Below, piece by piece: positions 33,530-48,802 of a DNA stretch of 64,000 nucleotides. The notes beneath the pieces are model-generated. The model ran no database searches and was not told where the DNA came from. It saw nothing but the letters and a program-made list of their open reading frames with translations. The position numbers were made by a program, and so were the translations under genes. The stretch is taken from the NCBI RefSeq assembly GCF_009914755.1, contig NC_060929.1; one strand, 5' to 3'. The DNA comes from the human T2T-CHM13v2.0 reference genome, Homo sapiens. Numbering within the stretch: the stretch's first letter is position 1; each line of letters begins with the position of its first letter.

Positions 33530-33760
33530 TATTGTACATGTAACATGGGCCAGGCATTGTTCCAGCTTGTGGAAACAACATGGAAAAAAAGATATAGGAC
33601 CTTGGTTCTCAGAGAATCTGCAATCTAATTACAGAGCTTATTATGTTAGGGTGGGTTACCAAATGTCTTCCTTCTTGGGTCAGTTGGAGGGAGATTTCTG
33701 GAGAGCAGCCTTTTTGGGGATTTGTGCTATATACCTGAAATCATTGAGTTGACTTGATCA

Positions 33761-34573
<813 letters not shown>

Positions 34574-35196
34574 TTATTGAGTGTCAGGTTTGTGGAGAAT
34601 GTTTTGTAAGAATAATTTCCTATAATTCTTAGAGGTAGGCATTATCATCATCATTCCCATTTTAAAATTGAGAAATGGAGCTTTAGAGAGAAGCTTTATG
34701 TAATTTGTCTAGGAAGTATCAAAGCTATAATGTAAACCTAGGATGTCTAGTTCCTTAGCTTTGCTTTAATCACTGTGCAATATACCTACTCCTGAAAAAT
34801 ACTTGAATCCCATTATTGTCAACTAGTTGAAGGTTAGAAATGCACAGTAGCTCTGGTTTTTCCAAGAAACTTGGAAAAGAGAGAATAAGCAACATCAGTG
34901 TATGGTCGAGAGTCCTAGCCTCCTTGTGTTTTTACAATTGTGATGTCTCTGCATGGCCCAGCATTTCAGGAACTATCCATTGAAAAGCTCTGAAAACCAA
35001 AAACAAGTTCATTTGCAAGTTTTCATAATTATACATGGCTGTGACCTAATTCTTCCTTTTGCTTTGTGTTTGACTAATATGTATTAGTCACATCTAACCT
35101 CCAGTTTCTGCTCCCCTACCCAGCCCCCAATTTGTTAGGGAAGGGTAAAATTCTGATTTTTGCCTGCCCAGACTTTGAGTTTGGAAGCTAACTTAA

Positions 35197-35606
<410 letters not shown>

Positions 35607-35914
35607 TGATTTTCATATGGAACACTGGGCAAGTGTGGCTTTGGTGAATTGTATGAGACATTTTACCTACATAATCTCATTCATGTTTTTGGCCTTTTCT
35701 ATCCTTTGAACAGGGTCTAATTGGCCTACGGTGATATATTATGTAATAAATCCCTGTAAAAGGACACTTTTTCATAGAAATTCAGTCATGTTTAAAAATG
35801 CTTCATAAATCATGGAGCACAAAACTTATTGCATTTGCAGCTCTTGAACACAAGTGTAGCGTGATTTCTATTTGTCAGCATCTTGTTCAAGGTAAACTGG
35901 GCCAGTAACAAGTA

Positions 35915-36540
35915 TGAGCTTGAAGGATTTAAATAATGGAATTAACTGACTTTGTTGTATTTCTCTATTTGACCTCAATAAACACAAAATATATATTTTC
36001 CCCTCATGTTTATAAAGCATATACAAGATTTAATTACATACTTGGCCTACAAAAAGCTTTAATATTATTTCCCCAAAGTAGAACACTTGTACAACATATT
36101 CTCCTACCAAAAAACCAAAATATTGAATTTCTACAGTAAACAAAATAATAAAAATCTACTTCAAATAAAAAAACCTCTTCTAAATGACTCTTGAATCGAG
36201 AGGAAACAAACGAACAAAAACAACGGAGATTACAAATGCTTTAGCAATTAATGTAAATGAGCCCTCTTCATTGAGAAATCTCCATAATGCGAATAGAGCC
36301 CCAGTCAGAGTAAGCTTCATGACTTTAACCTTTCTATTTTAATAAAATGAATCAGAGACTTAGTTCAGGGAACAACCTAGGAAACTTAGAAAAAAGAACA
36401 AAATAAATTGCAGGTGAAAGCGAGAAATAAATAAAAGATGGAAATTACTATATATATATTTAAAAACCTATCAAAGAGACTTTAAAGAACACTGGACTTA
36501 TCAATAAAACCAAAACTGTTTTTTTTTTTTTAAACAAAAA
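35915..36540 (+). mobile_element. Old L1M ORF2 fragment
   Basis: A-rich; aaatatatattttcccctcatg...atacaagatttaattacatacttggcc resembles the L1 endonuclease region. Similar L1M relics continue at ~42050-45170 and ~52950-54200. Confidence 0.6.
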
Positions 36541-36788
36541 TACTTAATGGATAGGCTTGCCAGATAAAATACTATACGCCTAGTAAAATTTAAATTTTAG
36601 GCTGGGCGCAGTGGCTCACGCCTGTAATCCCAGCACTCTGGGAGGCCGAGGCAGGCACATCACCTGAGGTCAGGTATTTGAAACCAGCCTGGCCAAAGTG
36701 GTGAAACTGTCTCTACTAAAAATACAAAAAATTAGCCGGGCGTGGTGGTGCATGCCTGTAATCCCAGCTACTCAGGAGGATGAGGCAG

Positions 36789-37271
36789 TGAGAGAAGAGA
36801 GACAGACCTTCTCATATTGTTTTATATTGTTTTATACTCAGAAAAGGAAAGAGAAGCAAAACTAAAGGTGCCTAGGATTCAGACCCGAAACCAAGGAATC
36901 AGACCTGAAACCAGGCCTGGGCCTGCCTGACCTAAGCCTAGTAGTTAAAATTCGACCCCTGACCTAGCAACTGATGTTATCTATAGATTATAGAAAGACA
37001 TTGTAAAACTTCCCAGTCTGTTCTGGGAACTTTTCTGAAACAGTTTCTGAAACAGAACTGTTTCACTCTGACCACCGGTGCATGCAGCCCCTGTCACATA
37101 CCCCCTGCTTGCTCAATTGATCATGACCTCCTCATGCGGACTCCCTTAGAGTTGTGAGCCCTTAAAAGGGACAGGAATTGCTCACCTGGGGAGCTCGGCT
37201 CTTGAGACAGGAGTCCTGCCGATGCTACCGGCCGATAAACCTCTTCCTTCTTTAACTCGGTGTCTGAGGAG
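36789..37271 (+). promoter_or_regulatory. 5' LTR (LTR2B-like), missing last ~26 nt and PBS
   Basis: Matches the 3' LTR up to tgtctgaggag, then jumps to AT-rich internal sequence. TATA-like cttaaaaggg retained; AATAAA mutated. Confidence 0.85.
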
Positions 37272-40200
37272 AAAAGAATAGTTATCATCTTTGGAAAAAA
37301 AAAAAAAAGGGAGGGTGGAATTTATATAAAAAGAATGTTATATGGTAAATTATTGTCCTGAAATATATTAACTGGTTGTTTAAAGAAAGAAATGTTTGTA
37401 ATAAGTCAGAAAGTTAAGGCATGTCGAAAAATTGCCTGTAAAAGTCGTGAAAAGAAAAAGTTATAAAAAAAAGTGTGTTAAAAAGAAAGAATTTATGCAA
37501 GAAATGTATAATTTAAAAGTAATTAGGCCTCCTAAATGTAAAACTATTGAAGAGACAGTTTATGTGCAAGGTGTATAAGGAAAGTAAAGTATATATTTGG
37601 TAAAAGGATTATAAGGAGGCATAAGAATGTGGATTTTTACCTACATTAAAAGGTTAAAAATATGTGTATTTTGTTTTAAAGGTTTAAGGAAGTTTTAAAG
37701 CATTAATTGTGTGTAAATTCTGTGTGTAAACATATTAGCTAAAGTTAAAGAAGTATCATCCAGTTTTTCTGTAAACCGGACATTAAATAAAAGCATAACA
37801 GGTTTTTCTTAAAGCACCAACCTGTTCTTTAACAAAAATTATAAATGGTTAAAAAGAGTCTATAACATCTTACCTTATAGTCAAACATTAAAAATTAGAT
37901 AAATATGTCTACAAGATTTTATTAAAATTAAGTTTAACATTAATAACACACTAATATAAAGATAAAATTTAGCTTATCTGGTATAAAAATCATACAAAAA
38001 GCATTATTAAATATAAAATGGTTTTTAGCTCTCTTTGGTCTAAAGGCTAATAAAAATAGGTGCTAAAGGAAATTTCTCAGTAAAAAGGCACTAAGGACTA
38101 TAAAGTCCACTGCCAAGGTCCCCACATTCAAAACAAAAGGTCGATTTCTTAGAAATTATATACTTGGTTTACCTTCCACTTTCCTTTCCCTCAAAACTAA
38201 AAGTCTTTTAGCACATGTACTACCCTTAGAATTTCCGGTAAACCAGCAGCAGCCTGAAGATCACGTTCTCATCGAAAGGTGGAAAGAAGAAAAACTCCAG
38301 TCAGCCTGGGAAGGACCCTACCTTGCGCTGCTAACCACCAAGACTGCTGTTCGTACAGCAAAAAAGGATGGACTCTTCACATCCGAGTGAAGAAAGTGCC
38401 ACCCCCTCCAGACTCGTAGGCCGTAGTCCCAGAGGAAAACTCTACCAAACTAAAGCTAAGAAAAATCTAACTATTTTCATCTATTCTATTACTCGTTCTT
38501 CTTTTCGCGCTCTATTGCTGACCATCTAGTTATTAACATAACCAAGTCAATTTCGCCTCAAACTGTTGCATTTAATGCTTGCCTTGTTATAGCCTGTGAG
38601 GACTTGCCAAGTCAAAGACAGCTGTCTACTTCAGAAAAGTACTTCTGTCCCTCCTGACTCTCCTCAGACTGGGCATTAGTAAACTAAGGCCATTTAATCC
38701 AGGGAGATTTCAATAAAGGCCCCAGTGCCAACCAGGAGTCTTGCCCCCTGAGGCAGAGCTTTCATGCCATAGTTGGTCCAACATTCTGTGGACCACTAAA
38801 GAACAAGGATGGACTGCCCCAACTGGTTTTTGTAATTTCCTAAAATCATACATTCATTTTTCTAAAAGATCATAGAAGTTAAAGACTTAAGACAAACTTT
38901 AGCAATTAAGACAAGATACCAAGATGCAAATGCCTGGTTAAAATGGATCAAATATTCCATCTGCACGTTAAATAAAAGCAATTGTTATGCTTGTACACAT
39001 GGCAGGCCAGAGGCCCAGATTGTCCCTCTTCCACTAAGGTGGTCCTCCAGTCGACCAGGCGTAGGCTGCATGGTAGCCCTTTTCCAGGATTTTACAGCCT
39101 GGAGTAATAATTCATGCCAAGCTCTCTCTGCTATATCCTGAAGTCCGGCACCCTGCAGGTCAGCCCCCGAGGGCCATCCAGCTTCCATCTCCCAACACTA
39201 AGTTCACTTCGTGTCTCTCACAACAGGGAGGAAACAGCATTCCTTGGAGACCTGAAAGGATGCGATGAGGCCCCTGTTCATCCCTGAGCGGATGTGTGGT
39301 GGTATTATGGTGGACCTTTACTACGCACTCTGCTGAATAACTAGAGTGGGACTTGTGCTTTAGTCCATTTGGCTATCCCTTTCACCCTGGCATTTCATCA
39401 ACCAGAAGGAGAAAATATAAAACATCGTAAAGCGAGAGAAGCCCCTTATAGGTCTTTCAACTCTTACATCTATTTAGATGCAATTGGAGGCCTGCAAGGA
39501 ATACCAGATCAATTTAAAGCTTGAAATCAAATAGCTACAAGATTTAAGTCAATATTTCAGTAGGTGACAGTTAATAAAAATGTAGATTAAATAAACTACA
39601 TCTATTACAACCAACAGCAACAAGCTTTTCATGAGTTAAAAGAAAAACTCAGGTTGGCCCCAGCCCTAGGGCTAGCTGATCTGACAAAACTTTTTACACA
39701 GTATGTGTTGAAAAAAGGAAAAAAAAAAAATGGCAGTTGGAGTTTTAACCCAGACTGTAGGGCCCTGGCCAAGGCCAGTGGCCTATCTCTCAAAACAGCT
39801 AGACAAGGTTTCCAAAGGCTGGCCCCCATGTCTAAAGGCCCTGGCAGCAATGGCCCTGTTAGCACAAGAAGCAGATAAGCTAACTCTTAGGCAAAACTGA
39901 AACATAAAGTCCCCCCATGCTGTGGTGACTTTAATAAATACCAAAGGACATCATTAGCTAACGAATGCTACTAGATACCAAAGCTTGTTCTATAAAAATC
40001 CCTGCATAACCATTGAAGTTTGCAACACCCTAAACCCCACCACCTTGCTCCCGGTATCACCCAGCCCAGTTGTACATAACTGTTTAGAGATATTGGACTC
40101 AGTTTATTCTAGCAGGCCCAACCTCTGAGACCATCCTTGAACATCAGTAGACTGTGAGCTGTACATGGACAGGAACAGCTTCGTCAACCCTTGCAAAGTG

Positions 40201-41283
40201 ACTCTAAAGATGACAAGCCCGGCTCCAGTCACACCCGGAAGCTGACTGGTCCACGCACAGCCCAAGCATGAAAAAACTCATCGCAGGACTCATTTTCCTT
40301 AACTTTTAGACTTGTACAGTAAGGACTTCAACTGACCTTCCTCAGACTGAAGGCTGTTCCCAGTATATAAATCAAGTCACTAAAGTGGCACGAAAGGTTG
40401 CTATGGTCCTATTATTTTATGGTTATTATAAGTGTGCTGAAACTAAAAAAAAACTTGTTTGTATAATGTTATTCTATACAAGGTATGTAGCCCAGGAAAT
40501 GACCAACCTGATGTGTGTTATGACCCATCTGAGCCTCCCATGACCACAGTTTTTAAAATAAGATTAAGGACTGAGGACTGGTGGAGGCTCATAAAGGATA
40601 CAAGTAAAGTGTTAGCCAAAATAGACAAACAAAAAGGTGCCCAAATGAGTCACCTTAAAATTCGATGCCTGTGCTCTCTTATTATTAATAATAAGTTAAA
40701 AATAGGATGAGGTTCTCTTAATTAAGAAAGAGGTTATATGACAGAAAATAAGTACATTTATCATAAATTAAGACTGTGTAAAAATAAATGTAGATACTGG
40801 TCTTGTGTCATTTAGGCTACTTAGATGAAAAAAATGAAAAACTCCTGTCCACCTTCAGCAAAGGAAAAGTGGCCCTTCCTGTACCAGTAGCCAGTGTAAC
40901 CCCTTAGAACTAGTAATAACCAACCCCCTTAATCCTCGCTAAAAAAAGAGGAATGTGTAACCCTAGAAATTGATGGAGCTGGACTGGATCTTCAAATAAA
41001 TATCATAGTTTGAAGAAAAGTTTACAAACGCTCTCCTGAGCCAGTATTTCAAACCTTCTATGATGAACTGAATGTGCCAGTACCAGAAATTCCAGGAAAA
41101 ACAAGAAATTTGTTTTTGCAATTAGCCAAGCATATAGCCCAGTCTCTCAGTGTCACTTTGTATTATATATCAGCACAAGTGTACTATATGAATCATTATC
41201 AATCTATTGCACAGAAAGACATAAGTAGCAGAAATAAGAGTGAGAACTCCCGCTAATAAAAAGTGAGAGTCTCAAAGGGGAAA

Positions 41284-41760
41284 TGAGAGAAGAGAGACAG
41301 ACCCTCTCATTTTGTTTTATACTCAGAGAAGGAAAGAGAAGCAAAACTAAAGGCAGGTAGCCCAGCGCCCAGGAACCAGACCTGAAACCAAGGAACCAGA
41401 CCTGAAACCAGGCCTGGGCCTGCCTGACCTAAGCCTGGTAGTTAAAATTCGACCTCTGACCTAGCAACTGATATTATCTATAGATTATAGAAAGACATTG
41501 TAAAACTTCCCGGTCTGTTTTGTTTCACTCTGACCACTGGTGCATGCAGCCCCTGTCACGTACCCCCTGCTTGCTCAATTGATCATGAACCTCTCAAGCG
41601 GACCCCCTTAGAGTTGTGAACCCTTAAAAGGGACAGGAATTGCTCACTCGGGGAGCTCGGCTTTTGAGACAGGAGTCCTGCCGGTGCTCCCGGCCGAATA
41701 AACCTCTTCCTTCTTTAACTCAGTGTCTGAGGAGTTTTGTCTGCGGCTTGTCCTGCTACA
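41284..41760 (+). promoter_or_regulatory. 3' LTR (LTR2B-like), complete
   Basis: tgagagaagagagacagacc...gtcctgctaca; AATAAA at 41697-41702. Confidence 0.9.
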
Positions 41761-42937
41761 GCAGGAGAATCGCTTGAAACTGGGAGATGGAGGGTTGCAG
41801 TGAGCCAAGATCATGCCGCTGCACTCCAGCCTGGGCGAGAGTAGAGTTTCTGTCTCAAAAAAAAAAAAAAAAAATTTCAGATAAACAATAAATTCTTTTT
41901 TAGTGTAAGTATATAAAATCGTTACCTTGTGTATAATTATTATACAAATTATTATTCATTTTTATCTGAAATTCAAGTTTAACTAAATTTCCCATATTGT
42001 TATTTGCTAAATCTGGCAATGCTGTTAATGGAAGGGAGTATTATTTAAAAGTTTAAAACTTGAGACGATGGAATCTAGATGAACTTTGTAAGAAAGTCAA
42101 AATTACATGAGTTGCATCAAGAGATGACAAAAAACAAAAGCTAAACAAAGAATTTAGTACTGCAGAAACAAAAAAGAATGTTAAGTATCTGTTATAAAAA
42201 GAGTACTAGGAATTCTGTTTTCATCTTTGGAAGAGTAACAAGAACCAGACTTAACTTTCTGCAGTGAAACTGGACAAAATATATGGAACAACTATTTTTA
42301 GATATTCGGCAACAGGCAGTGCACACCATGATCCCTGAGAGAAGGGAATGAATGAGGTAAGCCCTAAGATCTTCTTGGCTGAATGCTTGAAGTGATTTTC
42401 AGACATAGGCAAAGGTAGAGGAAACTTACTCAAAGACTTGATGAGTTGTGAAGATGTAGGTTGGAGGTGGGAATGTAGACATGGCCAGAAATTGCAAAGC
42501 ATAGTTCTAGAAATGAAAGACCTGCATAGAAACAAAAGCTGCAAAACCTGTATAGGGTTTACTAGAGGCCTTGCTGAGGATGCATAGAGTGAAACTCCAA
42601 AAAATAGGGGTGCGGGAGGGAGGAAGACTGAGAAGTTGTATGCTGACTGATTCCCTCAGTACATGTAGAATGACTATAGGTGCAGACATCTTGAATGGCA
42701 TGTACATTAAAATTGTATAAAGAAATACTTCCTCCTTAAGTGGAATTTATTCTATGAAAGCAAGGATGCTTTAAATTATTTTGACAAATAGAGCATGATC
42801 AAATGGTATATATTCAAGGAATGAAAGCATACTACATTAGCACATCTATCAATTTAGCCAATATTGATGGAAGCTCAAAAACAAATAGGAAAAGATAAAA
42901 AATTCCTAAGTATAAAAAATAGTACTTTTAGACATAA

Positions 42938-43320
<383 letters not shown>

Positions 43321-44165
43321 GCTCTTGTCAACTTTTTCACACTGTTCTGAAGATTCTTTCTAGTTAATGCAATCAGACAATATATAAATGGCATCTGCAT
43401 TAGAAAAGATAAAATTATTATTATATAAGCAGCAAAAATGACCACATGCCTACAAATTAAATAGATCTAAACAAAATAGTATTCAAAGTAATACTAGAAC
43501 TCACAAAAGTATTTGGAAGCAAAATGAATACATAGAAGTAGTTTATTTATGTCAGCAGTAGATAGTTAACATTAGTTTAAAAAATCTCAATGATATCAAC
43601 AACTGTGAAAAGTCTCACAATAAATTTAATGACAAATGTATAATTTTTCATGAGGTTCAGCAGTCACAGTTGCCTGAAAAGATATAAGGCTGAATAAATG
43701 TAGTATATTTCATATTTCATGAATAAATGTAGTAGTCAGGATATTATCTTTCTCAAATTCATGTATTAGTCTTCTGAAACTCCCATCATAACCCTGACAT
43801 TGTTTCGGTGAGAAGTCAGTAGAAGGAAACTTGCCAGGATTTTTAAAAATTATCTGAAAGATCATATGTATAAGATTATTATTCAAAGTTGTTTTGAAAG
43901 GGATTTTATTGTGTACAGACTTAACTTACTAAATATTAAGAAATTCTGTAATATAATTAAAACATTATGGCGTTAGTACATAATGAACAAATAAATAAAA
44001 AAACAGTAAAGAGGGTCCATTAAGATATGAAAAGAAAGACTGCACTGGACATCTGTGGAGCAGGAATGTATTTTATAATGAATGACATTAGGACAATTGA
44101 ATTTCTCTTTGAAACTACAAAGTTAAATATCTCTTTGTATCAAATACAAAAATAAATTCCATTGA

Positions 44166-44530
<365 letters not shown>

Positions 44531-44712
44531 TAAAAGCAATACTTTATTATACTTAGGTAACGAAGGTCTTTTAGATATGACATAGAGATCAGAAATCATA
44601 AAGAAAACGATTAACGTATTTTATAATATAAAATTCCGAAACTTCAGTATGGTGAAAAACACTGTAAATAACTTAAAGAATAAATAACAAATCAAGGAAA
44701 GAACCCTGTGAT

Positions 44713-44762
44713 TATCTATCTATCTATTATCCATCTATCTATCTATCTATCTATCTATCTAT
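44713..44762. repeat. (TATC)n microsatellite
   Basis: Directly visible. Confidence 0.95.
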
Positions 44763-45632
44763 TACAATTTCAGTGATATGTAAACAGTTTTTAAAAATCA
44801 ATGAAGTAAAGACAATAACCCAATGGGAATCTGCACAAAACATATAAGCAGGTGATTTGGGAGAAAAAAGTCAGATAATTGATTATCAATGAACAAATAA
44901 GAATATTCTAAACCTTGTTAATAATGTTAAAATTTGAATTAAATTGAGATATGATGTTCATATTTAATGTGTTATGTTTGCAACCATTTAATAACCGATA
45001 ATACACAGAGTTGGTGGGGTTATGGGAAAATAAGGATTTTTATGCATTTTAATGCTTATAAACTATTACAACATTTTGAAAAGAAATTTAACAGTAATCA
45101 TCATATTTTAAAATGTTTTTACCTTTTGATAGAAAAATTTTACCTCTAGGATTTATCATATTGAAGCATATAATAAATGAGCTAGATGTGTTTGATGAGC
45201 TAGATTAGTACAAAGGCCCGTGGATGTGTTGGTCACCTGCTTCCTCTAGGCCTTAGATTCTACACACCCCAGAATCAACTTACTAACTCCCTCCCCTTCC
45301 AGTAGTTGGCTTCTATGGGTCCGTCACTAGCCCATGTCTTTTTAGATGAACCCAGCCCCATACTCCATGGTTCCTATAATATTTTATACTATTTTTCTCT
45401 ACTATTACCTCCTTGTATATGATTTCTCAGAACAAAGCCCTCTGCCTTGTACCTCTAAAAATGCTTTTTCTAACATGGAATCAAGCCCCTGGACTGTGGC
45501 ATCTTCATTACTATGTGGTAGATCTTCTATTCATATAAAATCCAGCTCCAAAGAGATCACTGGGAGACGAGGTTGATATGACCCTTAGCGCCTCCAGTTA
45601 ATATTTAAACCCCACTGTAATATATGTAACCA

Positions 45633-45812
45633 CTACATTTCATATATTCTAAAATGCAACTATTTTCTCTCCTCCTAGCATCCCTGAAATCATGACATGT
45701 CTTTCAAGTCAATGGCATATTGCAGTTTAGGTGGCAGTATTCTTCCTTAGTAGGACTTACGACAATAATGTATCTTATGATCAATGGTATTTTAGTTTCA
45801 ATAAAGTTCAGT
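45633..45812. mobile_element. TcMar-Tc2 MITE (MER104-like)
   Basis: catttcatatattctaagatgc-like start, catccctgaaatc...aatggc, and atcaatggtattttagtttcaataaagttcag end. Confidence 0.55.
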
Positions 45813-48296
45813 TGTTATACCTAGTTTAATACAAATTTTATTTTATAATACATGCTATTTTATATTGCTAATGAGATATGTCACATGGAACTCTATCAAC
45901 ACACTGATCATTATGGTTAATGCATTTTTTAAAACATTTGTTTGTTTTTGCCTCTTCTTAATGTGTTACCTCATCCATGTTTTAGGAAATGTTTTTTAGT
46001 TTTCAGGCTGTTATTTACCAAAAATAGGTATTTGCGAACTGATAATATGCTTTGGTGTTATTCTTGACCCTGACAATGTACCAAGTTCTGGTTTCTGGGT
46101 ATCATTTTATTTAGCATTTTGATTTGATTGTTGCTTTCTTTTCTCTCTTTTCCCTACCCCTCCCAACCATTGTTTCCTTACTTTGTAAATATTGCATGGA
46201 CTAAGATTCAGATAAAGTGTTTCTGAGAGAGGCGTAATCTAGGTTATGCCCCTTAGTAGCTATAGAGACTGGGGCAGGTTATTGCAGTTCTCTCAGCCTC
46301 CGTGTCCTCATTTGTAAAAGCTTTGTTCAGTGTTTTGGGGAAGAGCAGTTAAGGTAATATACATGGATGTATTTTCTAAACTCAAAAGCTATGACATTTC
46401 TGGAGATTATTAATGGCCTCAGAGGGCACCTTCAGTAATAGCTAGTTTTAACTGATTTCCTGAGCATTGATGCAAGGTGCCCCTGCATACTGAGTTAATC
46501 TAGGATGAGTTCCTTTATTTCTACTATAGCTCATTATTGTGTTTCCTCATCCTTGATAGCACCTTCTCTAGTCTTCAGATAGCCTTTAAAAAATGGAGTT
46601 GCATCAAGGTCATTCACAAGCCTATAACAAAATAAAGGGAAAATGTACCTGTCTTATAAGCCAAGTTGCTCTGTCTTCACCAGGTAGCTTCCCATGCATA
46701 TAGAGTCCATTCCATGCATATTTCTAAAGTAAATATTCTGCTTCTGTAATTTTGTAATCAATCTGCAACCACAGGATCAAGTACAAATTGCTAACCAATG
46801 CAGAACTCTATCCGCTACAGTGTTCTAGGAACAATGAAACTGTAAATCTGGACAAGACTTGGAGTGAATCCCCTTGCTGTAATGGGTAATCACTTCTAAA
46901 GCATCTAAGACAAATTAATTTGTTCTATTTTTAAAGACCTCCTGAGGTGATTTTTCAACCTCTCTCAGGAACACTTTCCAATATTTAGCAAATCTTATTG
47001 TCAGAAAATGCTTCTTTGTACCTCAAAGTTTCTCATGCCACAGAGTAACTAATGGTTTTTTTTCGTTTCCACCTTGGTGAAATGAGGTAACATTGACAAC
47101 ATATCACATCATGTATTTGTTTTGTTTATAATCCTTTAATAAAAAGCTCTCCATTGCCTAAAAGGTAACATTCAAACTCCTTGGCATACTATGGAAGGCA
47201 CATTAGAATCTTCAACTGGATATATTTATAGTATTTACTCCTTATGTCTCCTACATGATTTGGAGTTTAGCTCTGCTAAAGTACTTTCTGAACTCTAAGA
47301 ATACTATGTTCTTTAATACGTCTTGTTTTTTTGTACATATTATTCCCTCCACTTGGAATGTCTTCTTTCCTCATCTTTCTAGTTGAGTTTTACCTGGTAA
47401 GGAAGACTTTCCTTTGTTTCCTAAGCAGTTGGTCACATTGCACTTTTTCCAAGCTTCTATCACAGGATTTGGTTATTTAGTATGATATTGCTTTATAACT
47501 GTTTGCATGCAATTTCTTACCTTTCACTAGGCTGTGAGGATTGAAGCCTGAGATGAGTTTTATTCATATGCTTTCTATGTACGGTCACTGACTAACACAT
47601 AACAGGGGATCAATGAATAAGTTGAAAAAAGGAATGAGTGAATGAAGTCACAATACTCTCCCACTATTCAGAGAAGCAAAAGGCTTCCTTTGCCATAAAT
47701 TAGGAAGAATATAAATATAAAAAACACAAAAGACCAGCCAAAAGCATTAACATGCTAAGTATCTGTAAAGTTATCCTAATTTAAGTTGCCATTATCAGGA
47801 ATTGTTGAAGGAGAATTGTAAGTATGTATATCTCTTTGAGGGACATCACCACAGGTTTGTATTACCATTCCTAATGTGAAAAAAAAAAAAACTTTACTAA
47901 GTCAGAAAGTCAAGGATTGATGTTTTATTTTCAAAGGTGATTTTTCCATTAGCTTTTCCGTGCCCATCAGCAGGACATTCTGCAAAAGCATATGGATGTT
48001 GGCAACCAGTGATGTATCAGATGCATGCCATTAAAAACAATGAGGCAGTCTATCAATGCCATTAGAGGCTGTGATGGCCAGAGATGAAAGACTGAAGAGC
48101 CACTTACATAAAACGCATGACACTGGCATAGAATTGTGACACAAATAACCTATCATGAGGTTTTTCTGATTTTATTAACAAATAAAAATATAACTTCCCA
48201 ATAAACGTGTCCTAGGGAAGGTAAAGTGACTCTGAACTGGAAGGGAACTTGGGATGGAATAGCCATTCTTGTTCCCATTGTGAGGGAAATTCTTAA

Positions 48297-48802
<506 letters not shown>

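Larger units (their letters stand above)
36789..41760 (+). mobile_element. ERV1 provirus, LTR2B / Harlequin-type, internally deleted
   Basis: Two related LTRs, outer TG...CA ends, 4-bp TSD gcag (36785-36788 and 41761-41764), polypurine tract aaaggggaaa before the 3' LTR, decayed pol and env fragments inside. Confidence 0.92.
36600..41874 (+). mobile_element. AluS split by the ERV (36600-36788 and 41761-41874)
   Basis: Left part ends ...tgaggcag and right part resumes gcaggagaatcgcttgaa, contiguous in the Alu consensus. Alu TSD aaattt(t/c)a. Confidence 0.95.
36552..42024. mobile_element. MER53-like hAT MITE, split (36552-36599 and 41875-42024) by the Alu and ERV
   Basis: TIRs taggcttgccaga / tctggcaatgctg; perfect 8-bp TSD ttaatgga at 36544-36551 and 42025-42032. 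Confidence 0.85.

Noticed and set aside
40459-41256. env-like ORFs as a possible co-opted envelope gene
   Set aside because: Short fragments broken by stops and frameshifts, with the TM region deleted.
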